Below are positions 14,336 through 29,122 of a DNA stretch of 64,000 nt, piece after piece (within the stretch, counting starts at the first letter, position 1; every line of letters begins with the position of its first letter). Position numbers and translations under genes: made by a program. The notes under the pieces are model-generated. The model was not told where the DNA came from and searched no databases. It saw nothing but the letters and a program-made list of their open reading frames with translations. Source of the stretch: Octopus vulgaris (taxonomy: Eukaryota); contig OX597823.1 of NCBI GenBank assembly GCA_951406725.2, forward strand, positions 93,682,001 to 93,746,000. Direction: 5' to 3'.

Positions 14336-14893
14336 TTGTGTATAGGAAGAAAGTATGGTAGGAAGACGCAGATTGACAAAGCGACTGAAGAGAAGACAAA
14401 CAGTGTACCGTATGTGTTTGTGTACATTTGTTTGTACCTGTGTATATGTTCTTAAGTGTTGTATGTTATTAGGTGTATATATGTGTGCATCAGACTATAT
14501 GCGTGTCTGAATATGCGGTAACCGTTATGATGTTTTTTTTTTTATATTTGGAAAAAGAAATCAATTGGCAATATAAGGCATCAATGCGTTGGTGTAGCAA
14601 TTTAATAAAATATGTCAGGTAAATAAGATGGGAAATTGGTTAATGACAAGTTGATAGAATTGGTGGAGATTCGTATGATGAGGAGAATGAATGTGAAAGA
14701 TATTCATATTCGGAAAGTCAGATGTTTTGAAGTATACGAATAATAAAGAAGAAATATTCAGAAAATGTCCACTTGATAGAGCGACAAGTAATGGCAGAAT
14801 ATATATGGAATAAAAATAGGAAGAAATGAAAATTGAAAAAAAAAACGTCCATGCAACATGTTAGCATGACTATTATAATGTGAATGGGCATAC

Positions 14894-14937
<44 letters not shown>

Positions 14938-14940
<3 letters not shown>

Positions 14941-15410
14941 TAATAAAATATTAGGGAATAAGTCCAAACTTACAGGGAAAAATCAGATTTAGGATTAAAT
15001 CCAATTTTATAGTATAAATATATTATATTAAATTATATTAAATTAGAGATAAAACCACTATTAGGCAAATCAAACAGTGAAAAACATAAGCCAATGCATA
15101 AAATTAATTTATTTATATTATTTTAAATATATATCAAAAGTATTAAAAGTTTAAAAGATAAAGAAACACTCTTTTTAAAGAAACACTCGTTATCACTATG
15201 GACTCCGTGTGGGCAGTCATCCAAAAGTTTTTGTTCGTCATGATGCTGACATAAGTTTCTTGTCTTTCCTGATGAGAAGGCGGCATAATGCACCCTTTAT
15301 TCCTTCGGAATTAGGAATATGCAGTCTTCGAAACATATGTCGAGAATAAAGGAATTTTGTTAAATCGTCGTTCAACTCCAATCTTTCATTTATTTATAGT
15401 AAAAAAAAAC
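14938..15410 (+). mobile_element. PLE pLTR-like insertion within (TA)n
   Basis: (TA)n on both sides; 15280-15400 is homologous to 46511-46640; contains a hammerhead. Confidence 0.7.
15258..15352 (+). ncRNA. type I hammerhead ribozyme, extended stem II, palindromic stem III
   Basis: TTTC-CTGATGA-GAAGGCGGCATA...TATGCAGTCTTC-GAAA-CATATG-TC-GAGA. Confidence 0.8.
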
Positions 15411-15425
15411 TATATATATAGTGAA

Positions 15426-15765
15426 GGCGCATGGCTCAGTGGTTAGAGCGTCGAGCTTACGATCGTGAGGTTGTGAGCTCGAATCCCGGACCGGGCTGCG
15501 TGTTGTGTTCTTGAGCAAGGCACTTTATTTCACGTTGCTCCAGTTCACTCAGCTGTAGAAATGAGTTGCGACGTCACTGGTGCCAAGCTGTATCGACCTT
15601 TGTCTTTCCCTTGGATAACACTGGTGGCGTGGAGAGGGGAGGCTGGTGTGCATGGGCGACTGCTGGTCTTCCATAAACAACCTTGCCCGGACTTGTGTCT
15701 AGGAGGATAACTTTCTAGGTGCAATCCCATGGTCATTCATGACCGAAGGTGGTCTTTACCCCTTT
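15426..15765 (+). mobile_element. tRNA-derived SINE family B
   Basis: A box TGGCTCAGTGG, B-box-like GCTCGAATCCC, then CTTGAGCAAGGCACTTTATTTCACGTTGCTCCAG shared with 33782-34103. Confidence 0.85.
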
Positions 15766-15905
15766 ATATATATACATACATACATACATACGTACATACA
15801 TATGTATATATAATATTTTGTATATGTTATATATACATATATGTATCATAATATATTTATGTATATATGCATATATATGTATACATGTATTATAATATAT
15901 GTATG

Positions 15906-15991
<86 letters not shown>

Positions 15992-16364
15992 TCATATATT
16001 CATGCATATACGAGTGATTTTACATGTTCTTTGTGTGTGTGTGTTGTTGTGTGTATGTGTGTGCTTAAGAAAATGACACGGGAATAAAAGAATTTTGTCA
16101 TGCACTTCATTAGATCATAGCTGCATCTGCTAGAAGAAGAAATGCACCCATTGTTGAGCGTTTGTGTATTACCGCACAACATCACCGGATCTTCAAGGGT
16201 GAACTGACTAGTTTTCTTGGAAACCGTTTACAATAAGAGACATTCAACATCTTTGGCCGATTTCTATGCCGATTTTTTATGCGAGTGAACACGCACCATG
16301 CAGCTTACGCGAGCGCGTTTATACATTCACATTCATTGACGGTTATTTTTAATACTTTCATCAC

Positions 16365-16660
16365 TGTATTGCATGTTGGTTTCTTTTTTGCATCTGCGAT
16401 TTTATTTTGGATCTTCTGTATAAATGAAGATATTTCCTTCGTTTTGCTGCTTTTCGTTCTACGAAACGAGAAGTTATATTGCGGAACTGTTAGTTTAACG
16501 AGTTGTATCTATTTATCATCCGATGAGACACATCTACACCGCCGGACGCACCTGAATAAGTTATTAAATGTCCCGCTCGTGAGGGATCGATGGTAGATGT
16601 GTCGAAACAATTCTCGTGATTAATAACAAAAATTCTCGTATATTCCATCTTCTGTCTTTG
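16365..16660 (+). mobile_element. PLE pLTR-like repeat with variant hammerhead at 16515-16620
   Basis: ATCAT-CCGATGA-GACACATCTAC...GTAGATGTGTC-GAAA-CAATTC-TC-GTGAT; 11-bp perfect stem II; homologue of 3875-4175. Confidence 0.7.
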
Positions 16661-16666
16661 ATTTTA

Positions 16667-16772
<106 letters not shown>

Positions 16773-17439
16773 CATGGGAAATGCGAGCAAGAGAAATAAT
16801 ATACTTAAGATTTTAAATATAGACAATTAGAGGTAGAGGTAAAATTATTACGCTTGGAAAAGTTCATCACAGCTTATAACATTTGGTAAAGTACAGGACA
16901 CTCAATATTTTTCTTAAAATATTGCAGCTAAGTATAAAATTAAAAATAAAATATTTAGATTTAGAAAACATTAGCTTTTATTAAAACTAAAAATTTTATT
17001 ACAAGTTAGTACTTCCATTTGTTGTTACTTGTTGCTTCTAATTAATAATTAGAATTTTAAAAATACGTTATAAAAAATAATAGTAGTAATCGGTTAGTAC
17101 AATAAATTAAGCAATACAAAAATTAGTAACGTATTACAGCAAAATCTTTCTATAACAACAAATTCACAGTAAAATTTGCTTGAGTTATTGCCTAAGTTAT
17201 TGCCAAGTCTTCATATATTTAGTCTTGACCCAATTTCTATTTTTTACTCTGTACATTTGTGAGTACAAATTTATTATTCTTAAACTAGAATATTATTGAT
17301 AGTGACTTCAAAGTTCCCAGCAATGATTAGCTGGCCGAATCCTCGAAGTCACTCTCAATAATGTTTTAATTTTGTATTTTGTCCTGTACTTGATATATTT
17401 TATATTCATTTATATACACACACACGCACTATATACATA

Positions 17440-18672
17440 GGATTTAAAACCAAAAGTCTTACCATACAAATCCACACACAATCCTCTTAACGGTGAAGTC
17501 TTCGACACCATCCTCCAAAGCATTCCCCTACTAAAAAGGGACCGCAGAATGAACTTAATCCTCCAAACACACAGCATCATAAAAAGCAAGAGACAGCCCA
17601 AATCTATGAAAAGTGTCCTAACGCAAGCCCGAATACGCTCAACAACACAGAAGCCGTCAGTAAAAAGATGCAGAAGATCCAAATGTGGAATATGCGTCAA
17701 TTTAATTGAGGGATGAGAGTTCTCTATCAAACAGGGACAACGTCTCACAGCGAAAAGCAGCTTCACATGTGCTTCGGAGAACCTGCACAGATCCCAGGTC
17801 AAAATTCCCCAAAACAGAAAAATAGAATTCAGCCAACACATCGACATTTGCACCAATAACAAAAATCCAAGCTTCTGAATTTTTCCCCTCTACCAATTCA
17901 GGGACGACACAACCTGTAGCCAACGAATTAGTAAAGATACTCTCTTTATTACAAAATACAGCCTCCCCACCTTTGAACGCATCTACAACAAACGACATAT
18001 CCACCACAGCCTTAGAATAACAAACACGCGCAAATATTAAAAATGATACGCTCAAGAGATTACCAAGAAACAGTCCCAATCACTGATATAATCTACAACG
18101 AGTCACTTTTAGGTCACTTGACCATTTAACATCCTACTACTATCATACCACATGCATTCCCATATTATTCTCTCCCCTTTTTATCCTTCTTCTTCTTCGT
18201 TTTCTTCCTCTCCGCCACCTCTTTCCTAACTTTACCATCTACGCAAATATTAAAAACAATACATTCAAAAGAGATGTCTCAAGAATTCAATCACTACCAC
18301 CATCCACAACGGCTCACTTTCAGGGCACTTGAGCATTAAACATCCTACTACTATCATGACACTCCCGCATTCTTCTTCTTCTCCTTCTCCTTCTGCTTCT
18401 TCCCCTCCTCCTCTTTCTTCTTCTTCTTTTCTGCCAAGAATTCACAACGACTCGAACTCACAAATGTAAACAAGAGAGACAGAGACAGGCGGAAACAAGG
18501 AAAATGCCCCTTGTATATGAATACTATGCAAATATTCTTTTAAAAAACTTTTCTTTTAATTTTTCCAAAATTTGCTTTCCATACTTACAGTTGAAAAGGT
18601 CTCAATGACAGGAACCGGTACTGAAATGTTTTTCATAAAATTATTTTAGCATTTTCTACCTTGACTTTTTCC
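17440..18672 (+). mobile_element. Penelope-like (Neptune-type) 3' remnant with downstream non-coding tail
   Basis: KPSVKRCRRSKCGICVNLIEG*EFSIKQGQRLTAKSSFTCASENL, homologous to 9290-9425; ~212-bp duplication (18028/18241); eroded hammerhead at 18588-18623; ends in (TA)n. Confidence 0.75.
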
Positions 18673-18738
18673 ATATATATATATATATATATATATTATT
18701 TAAAAAAGGAGATGTGGAACACGAGTTGTGATATATAA

Positions 18739-19041
18739 AAAAGGAAATGAAGAAAATGCTGACAAAATAATTTAAGTAATTTAAGTAATTTAATTAGGTG
18801 AAGTTCTTTTTACCGGTTGCACATTTGTTATGCTTATCAAAAGATGTTTTTTTAAGAGAGATAGAGCTCCTTTCTGATAGATTTTTTCCTCTTATCAGAT
18901 AAGAGGAAAAAAATCTATCAGAAAGGAACTCTATCTCTCTTAAAAAACATCTTTTGATAAGCATAACAAATGTGCAACCGGTAAAAAGAACTTCACCTAA
19001 TTAAATTACTTAAATTATTTTGTCAGCATTTTCTTCATTTC

Positions 19042-19046
<5 letters not shown>
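18739..19046. repeat. ~150-bp-arm palindrome centred at 18897
   Basis: ...TTCCTCTTATC-A-GATAAGAGGAA...; arms reverse-complementary apart from a few differences and a 9-bp duplication. Confidence 0.95.
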
Positions 19047-19555
<509 letters not shown>

Positions 19556-19688
19556 GATATAAGCGTTAAAGTAAGTTTTAATATCTTAAAAAAGAGATTT
19601 CACTATAAATGTTGACTTACAGTCGGAGGTGGGAATCTTAAGTTCCCTTAAAAGCGCATCCTTACCTTTTGGAATATATATGTGTGCA

Positions 19689-19742
<54 letters not shown>

Positions 19743-22421
19743 TGTGTGTGTGTGAAATGAATATACTATAATGTGGGGTATGATAAAGACGTTTGGTACC
19801 GCAAATGCATTTGATTAGGTTTTGTGCACTGACTTTTAACAAACTGTATAATACACGAGACCCCACAAGGAATTTTAATAAATAATTCCTCGTCAAACAT
19901 TTTATTCTCAATCATACGGTTAGTTTTTATGGAGAGAAGAATTGATTTTTATGCGTTTTTCGTTCAGTCCTTAAAGATTACAAGTAAAAATGGTGGCACT
20001 ATTTAATCTGATGTTTGCACTTGCTGTATATATTCCACAAAAATATCTTAAAGTAAGGATTTCATTTGATTGAAAATGCTTTACCAAATGACTGGTATTT
20101 ACTTTATTTATATCATATGTATAAAACTAGAAAGACTGCATAAACAGTTATAAACGAGGTGGGACAGAATTATAGAGTGAAGTGTATTGAATAAAATGTT
20201 CTATCGCTTGTGATCTTCCACCCTCGTCCAGGAAGGCTAATGTTAAATATTGAACATAATGTCAGAATAAGATGGTGAATATTTATACACGATTTGTCTG
20301 TGTTATAGACTACAGATTTAACATAATCTGAAATATAAGTGGAAATGGTAATCTTTGTTAGAAACTAAAAACCAGAAACAATACTTGGCATTTAGAATCT
20401 ACCATTTAAAAGCTGATATAAAATGTAGCTGTCAGATATATTGGGATAAAGTGGCTTTATACAAATAAGAAAGCATTATAAAATAACCTCATTTGGTCCT
20501 ACAAGTGTATTTGGAAAGGGTAAACCTAAAGACCGATTAGAAAAGAAAACAAAAATGATTTTTTTCTTATTAGGTTTAGAAAGCATAGAAGAAGAAATGG
20601 AAGAAAAACAGTAAAAATCTAAAATAATACAAATGAAATAGAATGAAAAATGAAAGACAGAATTAAGTAGAGGAAATAACAAAATGTTTAAATAAAAACC
20701 TGATTCGGTGATTGTAAAACATTTTAAGTAAAGCACAGTGGACAGAAAATATAAATCTCAATCTTTAGTATTCAAATTGTCTAGATAAAATTGAAGTAAG
20801 CACAACTGAAAAGAAAGGCGTTCCTAAGGGCTCTGGGATTCAGTTACAAAATAAATTATTTAGATTATAGCAATATGAAGGGCAGATCGTATATTGTTAA
20901 GACCAAAAAGGCATTCTATTGTTGTAACCAGAAAAGATTAATGGCAATTGTAGAACATACAGTGAAAATATATCAAAAGGCAACATGCCGTCTTCAATTT
21001 TTTCCAAAAACTAAAATTACGATCATGACTATTTTTATATTCAGTGAATAAATGATAAGAAACTCGATGTAAGAGACACACGTCGTAATATATCATAAAG
21101 CAGAAGAGGTGACATTGTGCTGTATTAAAGAGCTCACTTGAAAAGAAAGCAAATAAAGTTATCGAAATCTCATTTTAAATAAAGCTAAAAGAAAAAATAA
21201 AACATTCAGACTCTCAGAGTCATCCATTCACTGAAAGCGAAAGAATCCTACATAGAGTAATATATCCAAAATATGGAGAGAAATGATGTAATTGCTACCT
21301 ATGATAAATTCCATATATTTCTACACACTTCGGTAAATATCTTTTGTACGATGCACATTGACAGCGTGGTTATTTCAATGAAACTTGACACACGGCCCAC
21401 TCGTGCAAATCAAAGATGTATTGTGAGAACAAACGTGTTGATCCAAGTTTATATCAAGATCTTTCTGAATTTCAAAATACAAGTTAGGCTGGGGACAAAA
21501 AAGGGTCTCTCTCCATAAAGTAACAGAATTTCTAAAGACATGTAACATATTTCGACTTGCTAGTCTCTTTGTTTCCGTCATACTTTTTCACATAATCACA
21601 TCGATGGAAATATTTTTGATGACTTTGTAATTTCCGAGAAAGTTCATTCGGTAAGACTCCTCAGCAGCATAAGAAGGTGAATACACACCTACGTCTTACT
21701 TACCGAAGAATATAAACTGTTACATATATACATAGATTAGTGCATAAATATGTATATATATCAATGTGTGTGTCCGTGTGTGTATAATATAATATAGTAT
21801 AATATAATATAGCATAATACAACACAATATAATAAATGTACATAAGGCATAGAAGAACGTCATAACAGAAAAATAATGTAGGAAACCCGTACAAATGAAA
21901 ATTGCCCTCTAAGCAATGAGCAGTATAATTATATAATTCATTAACTCGAAAATTTTACTATCTAATTAAAATTTTATCCTCTTTCTCTTCCTTTTTTCCT
22001 TCTTCTTTCCTAAGAATTATCTTCAACTTCCCATTTCCCCGCTATTTCCAATCCTTCGAATAAAGACAACCACGAAAACATGCATATACGTAAGCAGAGA
22101 TTACCAGACTTATATACAAAAATAAAAGAACATTCAGAAAAGTCAGCAAAAAGAAAAAAAAATACTAACTGTTAGAATTGTTATAAATGCAAACAAAAAT
22201 CTATATTGTAATGTTTTCAATTAAATGCTGGCATTCTTAAAAAGAGATCCTGAAGAGTCGAGAAGTAATATTCTTGCCTTCAGGAAAATCTTGTTTTTTT
22301 GCAGTAACGAAATAATCTGTGGAAATAGTTCCTCACTAAATAAACGAGGAAAGGAAATAGGAATATCATTTACATATATATGTTTTTTATAAAATTATTT
22401 TAGCATTTTCTATCTTGACTT

Positions 22422-22424
<3 letters not shown>

Positions 22425-22459
<35 letters not shown>

Positions 22460-22481
22460 TGTGTGTGTGTATATATTTACA

Positions 22482-22530
<49 letters not shown>

Positions 22531-22583
22531 CATATAAATATGTATGCATCAGTATATAAAATATATATATATGTGTATGTATG

Positions 22584-22641
<58 letters not shown>

Positions 22642-22673
22642 TATATATATGTATATATATATGTATATATGTA

Positions 22674-22710
<37 letters not shown>

Positions 22711-22850
22711 CCCAGAGACTTAATATAAAATATCTCTCATATATATATATAAATATATACATATGTACATACATACACACACATATATATATATATATAT
22801 AAATATTTACATATATATATAACATACACACGCACGCACACATATATATA

Positions 22851-22886
<36 letters not shown>

Positions 22887-23164
22887 TGCATCTATCGCAA
22901 ACACAATGAAGCAGAAGTGACGGAGTTTTTTAAAACATACGCCTATTAAAATGACTGTCTCCTCGTCGGCCATGATCGTTTTTGCCTGGCAGGCGAATAC
23001 CTGTTTAATTACTATGTATAGCCAACTATCTACAGTGACTGCACGTCTATCTCTCTAATTAAAATGGTGTGTATATCTATGTTTTATAAATACACATATG
23101 TGTGTGTGCGTGTGTATGTGTGTGTACATACCTATGTAAACATGTATGTACATATGTGTATATA

Positions 23165-23214
<50 letters not shown>

Positions 23215-23250
23215 TATGTATGTATGTATTTATGTATGTATGTATGTATG

Positions 23251-23322
<72 letters not shown>
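22425..23322. repeat. compound (TA)n/(TATG)n microsatellite region
   Basis: Direct reading. Confidence 0.85.
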
Positions 23323-23324
<2 letters not shown>

Positions 23325-23519
23325 GAAAATAAGTCAAATTAGAATATGCTAACATAATTTTATCATAAAAGACATTTGAGTACCGGTTACAGTCATTGAG
23401 ACTTTTCCAAGTCCAAGCATGGAAAACAATTAAATTTTGGAAAATTTAAATGAAATTTTTTTTTTACATATTTCCATTCTGTTCAAATACAAGGACGTTT
23501 TCCTTGTTTCTGCCTGATA

Positions 23520-24372
23520 TACGCGTTCTAGTCAAGAAGTATACAGACTGTTACCATACCAACAAAGCTAAACATGAGGGTAAAGCCACTTGGCAAATGC
23601 TGACTTTGAACAATTTTGGGCATTCGCACTAAGTTTTAACGTTCTAGATCACTTTCGCTGTCTGCAGCAGTGCTTGGAACGAAGGTGTGTAGTGTGTGAT
23701 CGTCGCATTGATCATGACAGAGTAAGTTCTCATGGCAATACCTACTCAGAGGCCTACGCAGTGTTGCAGAAAGTATGAAGAGTAGTTTATGAGCCACACA
23801 CAAGTGTCTGGGCGGTTCAGACATTTCCAAGATGGCCGAAAAATGTCGATACTGACGAAAGTTCTGGGGGACCCGCAACCAGCAAAACTGAGAAAGGCAT
23901 CGCAGATGTGTGTGCAGCTGTGAGGGGAAATATAATTGATTCACAATCAGTGAGTTATCAGAGGATGTGCAGATTAGTTATGGTTCAGTTCAGTCTGTTA
24001 TCACTGAAGATTTGAGTATGAGACCGTGTCTGCCAAGTTTGTGCCAAAAACCGGGTGCTTTCTGTGACAAAAAAGACAGTCAAGTTTCAGTTGCGCAAGA
24101 ACTCCTTGATGGTGGTGAGAAGGATGAAAACCTACTGAAAACTTTGCGTTGGCCTCTGAGCAGGAATCGCTAAACTTTTGGCGAAATTTGATGCGGATTC
24201 TCTGCTTAACTTCGTCTGACATGGTCAGTGCGAGGATCCCATGCTACACACCTTCCTTCCAAGCACAACAAAGTTCAAGGTCAACGTGGATCACTGACAA
24301 GCATCTTCACACTGTTTGCTTTTGCGTCGTTGATATAGCAACAGTCCGGATATTTATTGATCAAACCACTTA
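23520..24372 (+). mobile_element. decayed mariner transposon with TIRs
   Basis: TYSEAYAVLQKV...RFRHFQDGR...ISELSEDVQISYGSVQSVITEDLSMR..AKFVPK (N-terminal HTH); TIR-like TCAAGAAGTATACAGACTGTTACCATA / TATAGCAACAGTCCGGATATTTATTGA. Confidence 0.8.
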
Positions 24373-24559
24373 TTGATCAGACCACTGTTTAGCAAGCTGT
24401 TTACTGCCGGCACTTAGATTCCTCAATGAATTTCCCACCAAATTCTTGACTTCGCGGTCTGAGAACTGAAGTAGATGACCAAGGGCCTTCTTCACCGTCA
24501 TGAAATCTTCGAAACTTTTTTATAAACCTATACACAGTTCTTTTTTGCAGTCTACCTAA

Positions 24560-24569
24560 ATTATTATTA

Positions 24570-24650
<81 letters not shown>

Positions 24651-24706
24651 CATTATCATTATTATCATTATCATTATCATCATTATTATTATTATTATTA
24701 TTATTG
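24560..24706. repeat. (ATT)n/(ATC)n microsatellite at a LINE 3' end
   Basis: Direct reading. Confidence 0.95.
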
Positions 24707-25235
24707 CCTTTGCACAGCTTCTAACGCTGGATATGTACTATGGTGTCAGCTGCTCACTACCAGGGAACTAAGGTAACCTTTTTTTTCGAGGACCTTCTGG
24801 AGTTTTCGAGCAGTTCCAAGCAGTGCTTTTTTCTGCAAGTGCTCCACCCTTATTCCAGTCAATATTTTTTCCATGTACTTCTGGAATTTTTACTCAGTTC
24901 CCAGGGCTCCAACAATTATTGGCACTACTGCTACCTTTTTCAGCGATCACAACTGCTTAACTTCCCAAGCTAACTTGTCATATCTCTCGACTTTTTTCTT
25001 TCTTATCGCATACCTTGTTGTCAGCTGGGCATGCTATATCTATGATCCAGCATAGTTTGTTTTCTTTCTCGATTAAGACTACATCTGGCTTCCTATTCTC
25101 TATCTCATGGTCGCACTGAATCATAAAATCCCACAGGATCATTGCATTATCATCTTCGACAAATTCCTTCAGGCTTGTGGTCATACCAATTTTCTGCACT
25201 GTCAAGTCCATGCTTGTTGCAAAGTATCCAATGTT
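24707..25235 (-). mobile_element. R4/Dong-type LINE 3' fragment (REL endonuclease)
   Basis: ILWDFMIQCDHEIENRKPDVVLIEKENKLCWIIDIACPAD (PD..D REL motif); 3' end abuts (TAA)n. Confidence 0.8.
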
Positions 25236-26823
25236 TGCCTTGGGTAGGTGCTCTTATTCCCACCGTATAGGAAGTGTTTTACGTATGATGTATGCATTGC
25301 CACGTAGTTCTATTTTCTGTGTTATATATATATTTATTAGTTCTGGTGATTTTGCTATATATTTGTTTGAATGTTTTATGATACCTAATGCGCCTATTAT
25401 GATAGGAATTGTTTCTGATTTTAGGCTCCACATTCGAGTTACTTCTATTTCCGGATCATTGTATTTTGAAAGTTATCCGGCCTACTGACCTTAAATTCTC
25501 TAAGTGTGTGTATTTACATATCCCAGTGATTGGTTGTTTCTCATTTTCTGTGACCTTCTCTGGTGTGTGCCTATACCATTTTTTTCTGTTGTTATTTAGA
25601 GTGATGGCATAGCTTCCAGTGTATATAGGTCCCAACTCTGTCGTGTCTGTGAATATATTCCTTCTTAGCAAGAACTGGGAAGCCAGCGACAACATGGTTT
25701 ATTGTTTCTTCTCCGTCACCACATATTCTCCAGTTACTTGTATTTTTTTTTTCATTACGTGTTTTGGGTGATTTCTGGTGGAAAGGCTTTGATCTTGTGC
25801 TGCAATAAAAATCCTTCAGTCTCTACGTTGAGTCTTCAGCTTCAGAGCCATTGTTGGGATTTTGCTTTTTTCTATTTCTGTTCTATTTAGTTTAACCCAG
25901 TATTTGCCACCGTTTTATCATGATCCTTTGCTGTTCCAGTTTTAATTTGGATTTCAGTTGCTTTACAGCTTTTGTTGTTTCTTTTTTTTTTCTTCATAGC
26001 TGTTAGGTACTATAAATTCTTTTTCGAATTTGTCAGATTCCTTAATGTCTGAAAACAGGTTTTTGTATTGTTCGTATCTGTGGCTATTTTTATTAGTTTT
26101 CCTGCCTTCTGATGTAATTATTACTGTAGTTCCATGATGGATATTTTGTAATAATTTTGTAGCTGTATAAGGTCTCTACCACCTTCTAGACGTTGTAATT
26201 ATAACCTTTCTATGTCAGATTTAGAGTGGTGTATCCTAAATTCTGTTACTCTTCTTTTTTCGTTTTATTTTAATTCAGTGTCCATCTAAGAATATTGTAG
26301 CTGTAACTTATAACTGGAACTGCTCGAGTGTTAATACCTATTATCGTGTTTTTCAAATTGAACTCTGTTTTCAGTATTAGTCTAACTCGTCTATAGCATT
26401 CCTTTTTTATCTTCTCTTTCATTTGTGTGTGTATCCAGTTCATTGATTCCTAAATATTTGTATGTCTGGCTTTAGTTTAATTCTTTTATGTCATTTGATT
26501 TATCTAGTGTTATATTGGTACTCTTAACTAGTTTTCCTCTTTTCAAGGTTGCTTTGGCAAATTTTTCTAAACCAGATTTCATGCTTATTTCTTTGGTAAA
26601 TCGATGTACAGTTTGTAGTAATGTTTCCAGGTGTTTATCATCTGTAGCATACAGTTTTAGTTCATCCATACACAAGAGTTGGTTGATTGTTTTGCCGTAA
26701 CAGTTGTATCGACATTCAGTTCTGTTTAGCAAGTCAAATAAAGGTGTCAGAGCCAAGCAGAAAAGGAGTGGAAAGAGCGTGTCTCCCTGGAATATTCCTC
26801 TTCCAATAGCGACAGCTTTTATC
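25236..26823 (-). mobile_element. R4/Dong-type LINE, RT to 3' end, decayed
   Basis: [22 protein letters not shown]...NQLLCMDELKLYA...GLEKFAK RT motifs; colinear with 58357-59960. Confidence 0.85.
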
Positions 26824-26899
26824 GGTATATATATATATATATATATATATATACCAGCATACATATGTATGTAAGTCTATATATATATGTTGTAATATC

Positions 26900-26983
<84 letters not shown>

Positions 26984-27005
26984 ATGTATATATATATACA
27001 TGCAT

Positions 27006-27098
<93 letters not shown>

Positions 27099-27109
27099 CA
27101 TATATGTAT

Positions 27110-27315
27110 TCTTTTAATTGTTTTGTTTCTGTCATTTGACTGCGACCATGCTGAGGAACCACCGGCTTTTAGTCGAACAAATCGACCCCAAGACCTATTC
27201 TTTGTAAGCCTACTACTTGTTCCGTCGGTCTCTTTTGGGGAACCGCAAAGTTACGGGTGTTAAAGCACACCGACGTCGGTTGTCAAGCGATGGTGGAGGG
27301 ACATACACATACACA
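27110..27315 (-). mobile_element. SINE family A 3' half
   Basis: GTCATTTGACTGCGACCATGCTG...TAGTCGAACAAATCGACCCC...GGTTGTCAAGCGATGG. Confidence 0.75.
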
Positions 27316-27339
27316 GAAATATACACACACGTATATGTA

Positions 27340-27409
<70 letters not shown>

Positions 27410-28509
27410 AATATATATACATATATATAGTAAATCGAAAATAATGAAGGACAAACACAAGAAAAAAACAACAACGTGAGCATGTGGTAGATGCAACGTA
27501 TTTACAGACGGTCATGGAAATAAAGAAAGGTGGTTTAACATTTGGAGCAAGAGGAAGAAGGGGAAACATATCGCCAACAATTCACAACTGGTTAAAATTT
27601 GAATATATATGTATGGATGCATGTATGTATGTATATTAACTGCATATAGAAAGATAGAGAGATAGATATCATTGTACTGTTCAATATATACCAGAATTTA
27701 TATTCAATTGCTTCTAATGGGAGTGGACATATTGTATTTTCACATAGAAGAATCAGAGCAATAATATCGTTACACGAAAATGTTAATAAATATGGTAAAT
27801 AAACATAACTACGGTCCTAAATATATCCTTGTCCAAATGCTTACCTCTATTCTACGAAGGATATTCATGTCGTATAACGTATTAACTATCCCGTTAATAA
27901 ATTCTAAAGAGTCGGCTGTTATCCATGAAAACATGGAATTCTAATATATAACAGCAAAATTGAATTGTTTTACGGAAGCACAGATATGATTTCCAGAAGG
28001 AACGAGATTTCACTCAGATAGTAGAGTATATATTTCCAAACGTTTGCGGCTAGAGACACCAAGGTACGTACACAAAAATATAATACTGAAGCGTCTAGAT
28101 ATGGATGTATCAAAGCACAAATATACTTTCCCGAACAATATCGTTTCAACTACCAGATGACGTAAAACCAACGGGAGGATAGAATATAAGTTTTACTCAG
28201 AATATCTCTTGGCTGTCCGTATGTATACTTGTTTAGGATTGGATATCATAAGAAGAGGCTCGGTGGATGATTTATAGCATGTCTGCTGTATCTAAAGTAA
28301 AGCAAACGGAACCCGTGACAACTGAAACGAGACAAAACTACCTACTGAATAAACATTTCACTCGTGTACTTCCAAGATTAAATACACAGTAAGTCAATAA
28401 GCCCAGAGACAATCCAACGCGATGCATATGTTTATACACACGGGGACACACACACACACAAGGTCATTAACTGGCTAGATAGAACTACACACACACACAT
28501 ATATATATG

Positions 28510-28586
<77 letters not shown>

Positions 28587-28721
28587 GCAGGTTTGAAAAT
28601 GCAATTTTAAAAGATGTGTAAAATTTCATTTTCATACTTTCTTTCATATATAATTCCACTCGTGCTCGTGCGGTACTTTACAACTTCACTTTGTTATATA
28701 TATATATACTCTTTACTCTTT

Positions 28722-29122
28722 TACTCTTTTAGTTGTTTCAGTCATTTGACTGCGGCCATGCTGGAGCACCGCCTTTAGTCGAGGAAATCGACCCCGGAAC
28801 TTATTCTTTGTAAGCCCAGTACTTATTCTATCGGTCTCATTTGCCGAACCGCTAGGTGACGGGGACGTAAACACACCAGCATCGGTTGTCAGGCGATGTT
28901 AGGGGGACAAACACAGACACACAAACACACACATACATATATATATATATACATATATATACGACAGGCTTCTTCCAGTTTCCGTCTACCAAATCCACTC
29001 ACAAGGCATTGGTCGGCCCGGGGCTATAGCAGAAGACACTTGCCCAAGATGCCACGCAGTGGGACTGAACCCGGAACCATGTGGCTGGTTAGCAAACTAC
29101 TTACCACACAGCCACTCCTGCG

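Noticed and set aside
15426-15497. tRNA-like sequences (also ~33782 and ~32230-32298)
   Set aside because: SINE heads continuing into SINE bodies; no complete cloverleaf
20130-21650. Long non-microsatellite stretch that might hold an exon or transposase
   Set aside because: No recognisable motifs or long ORF
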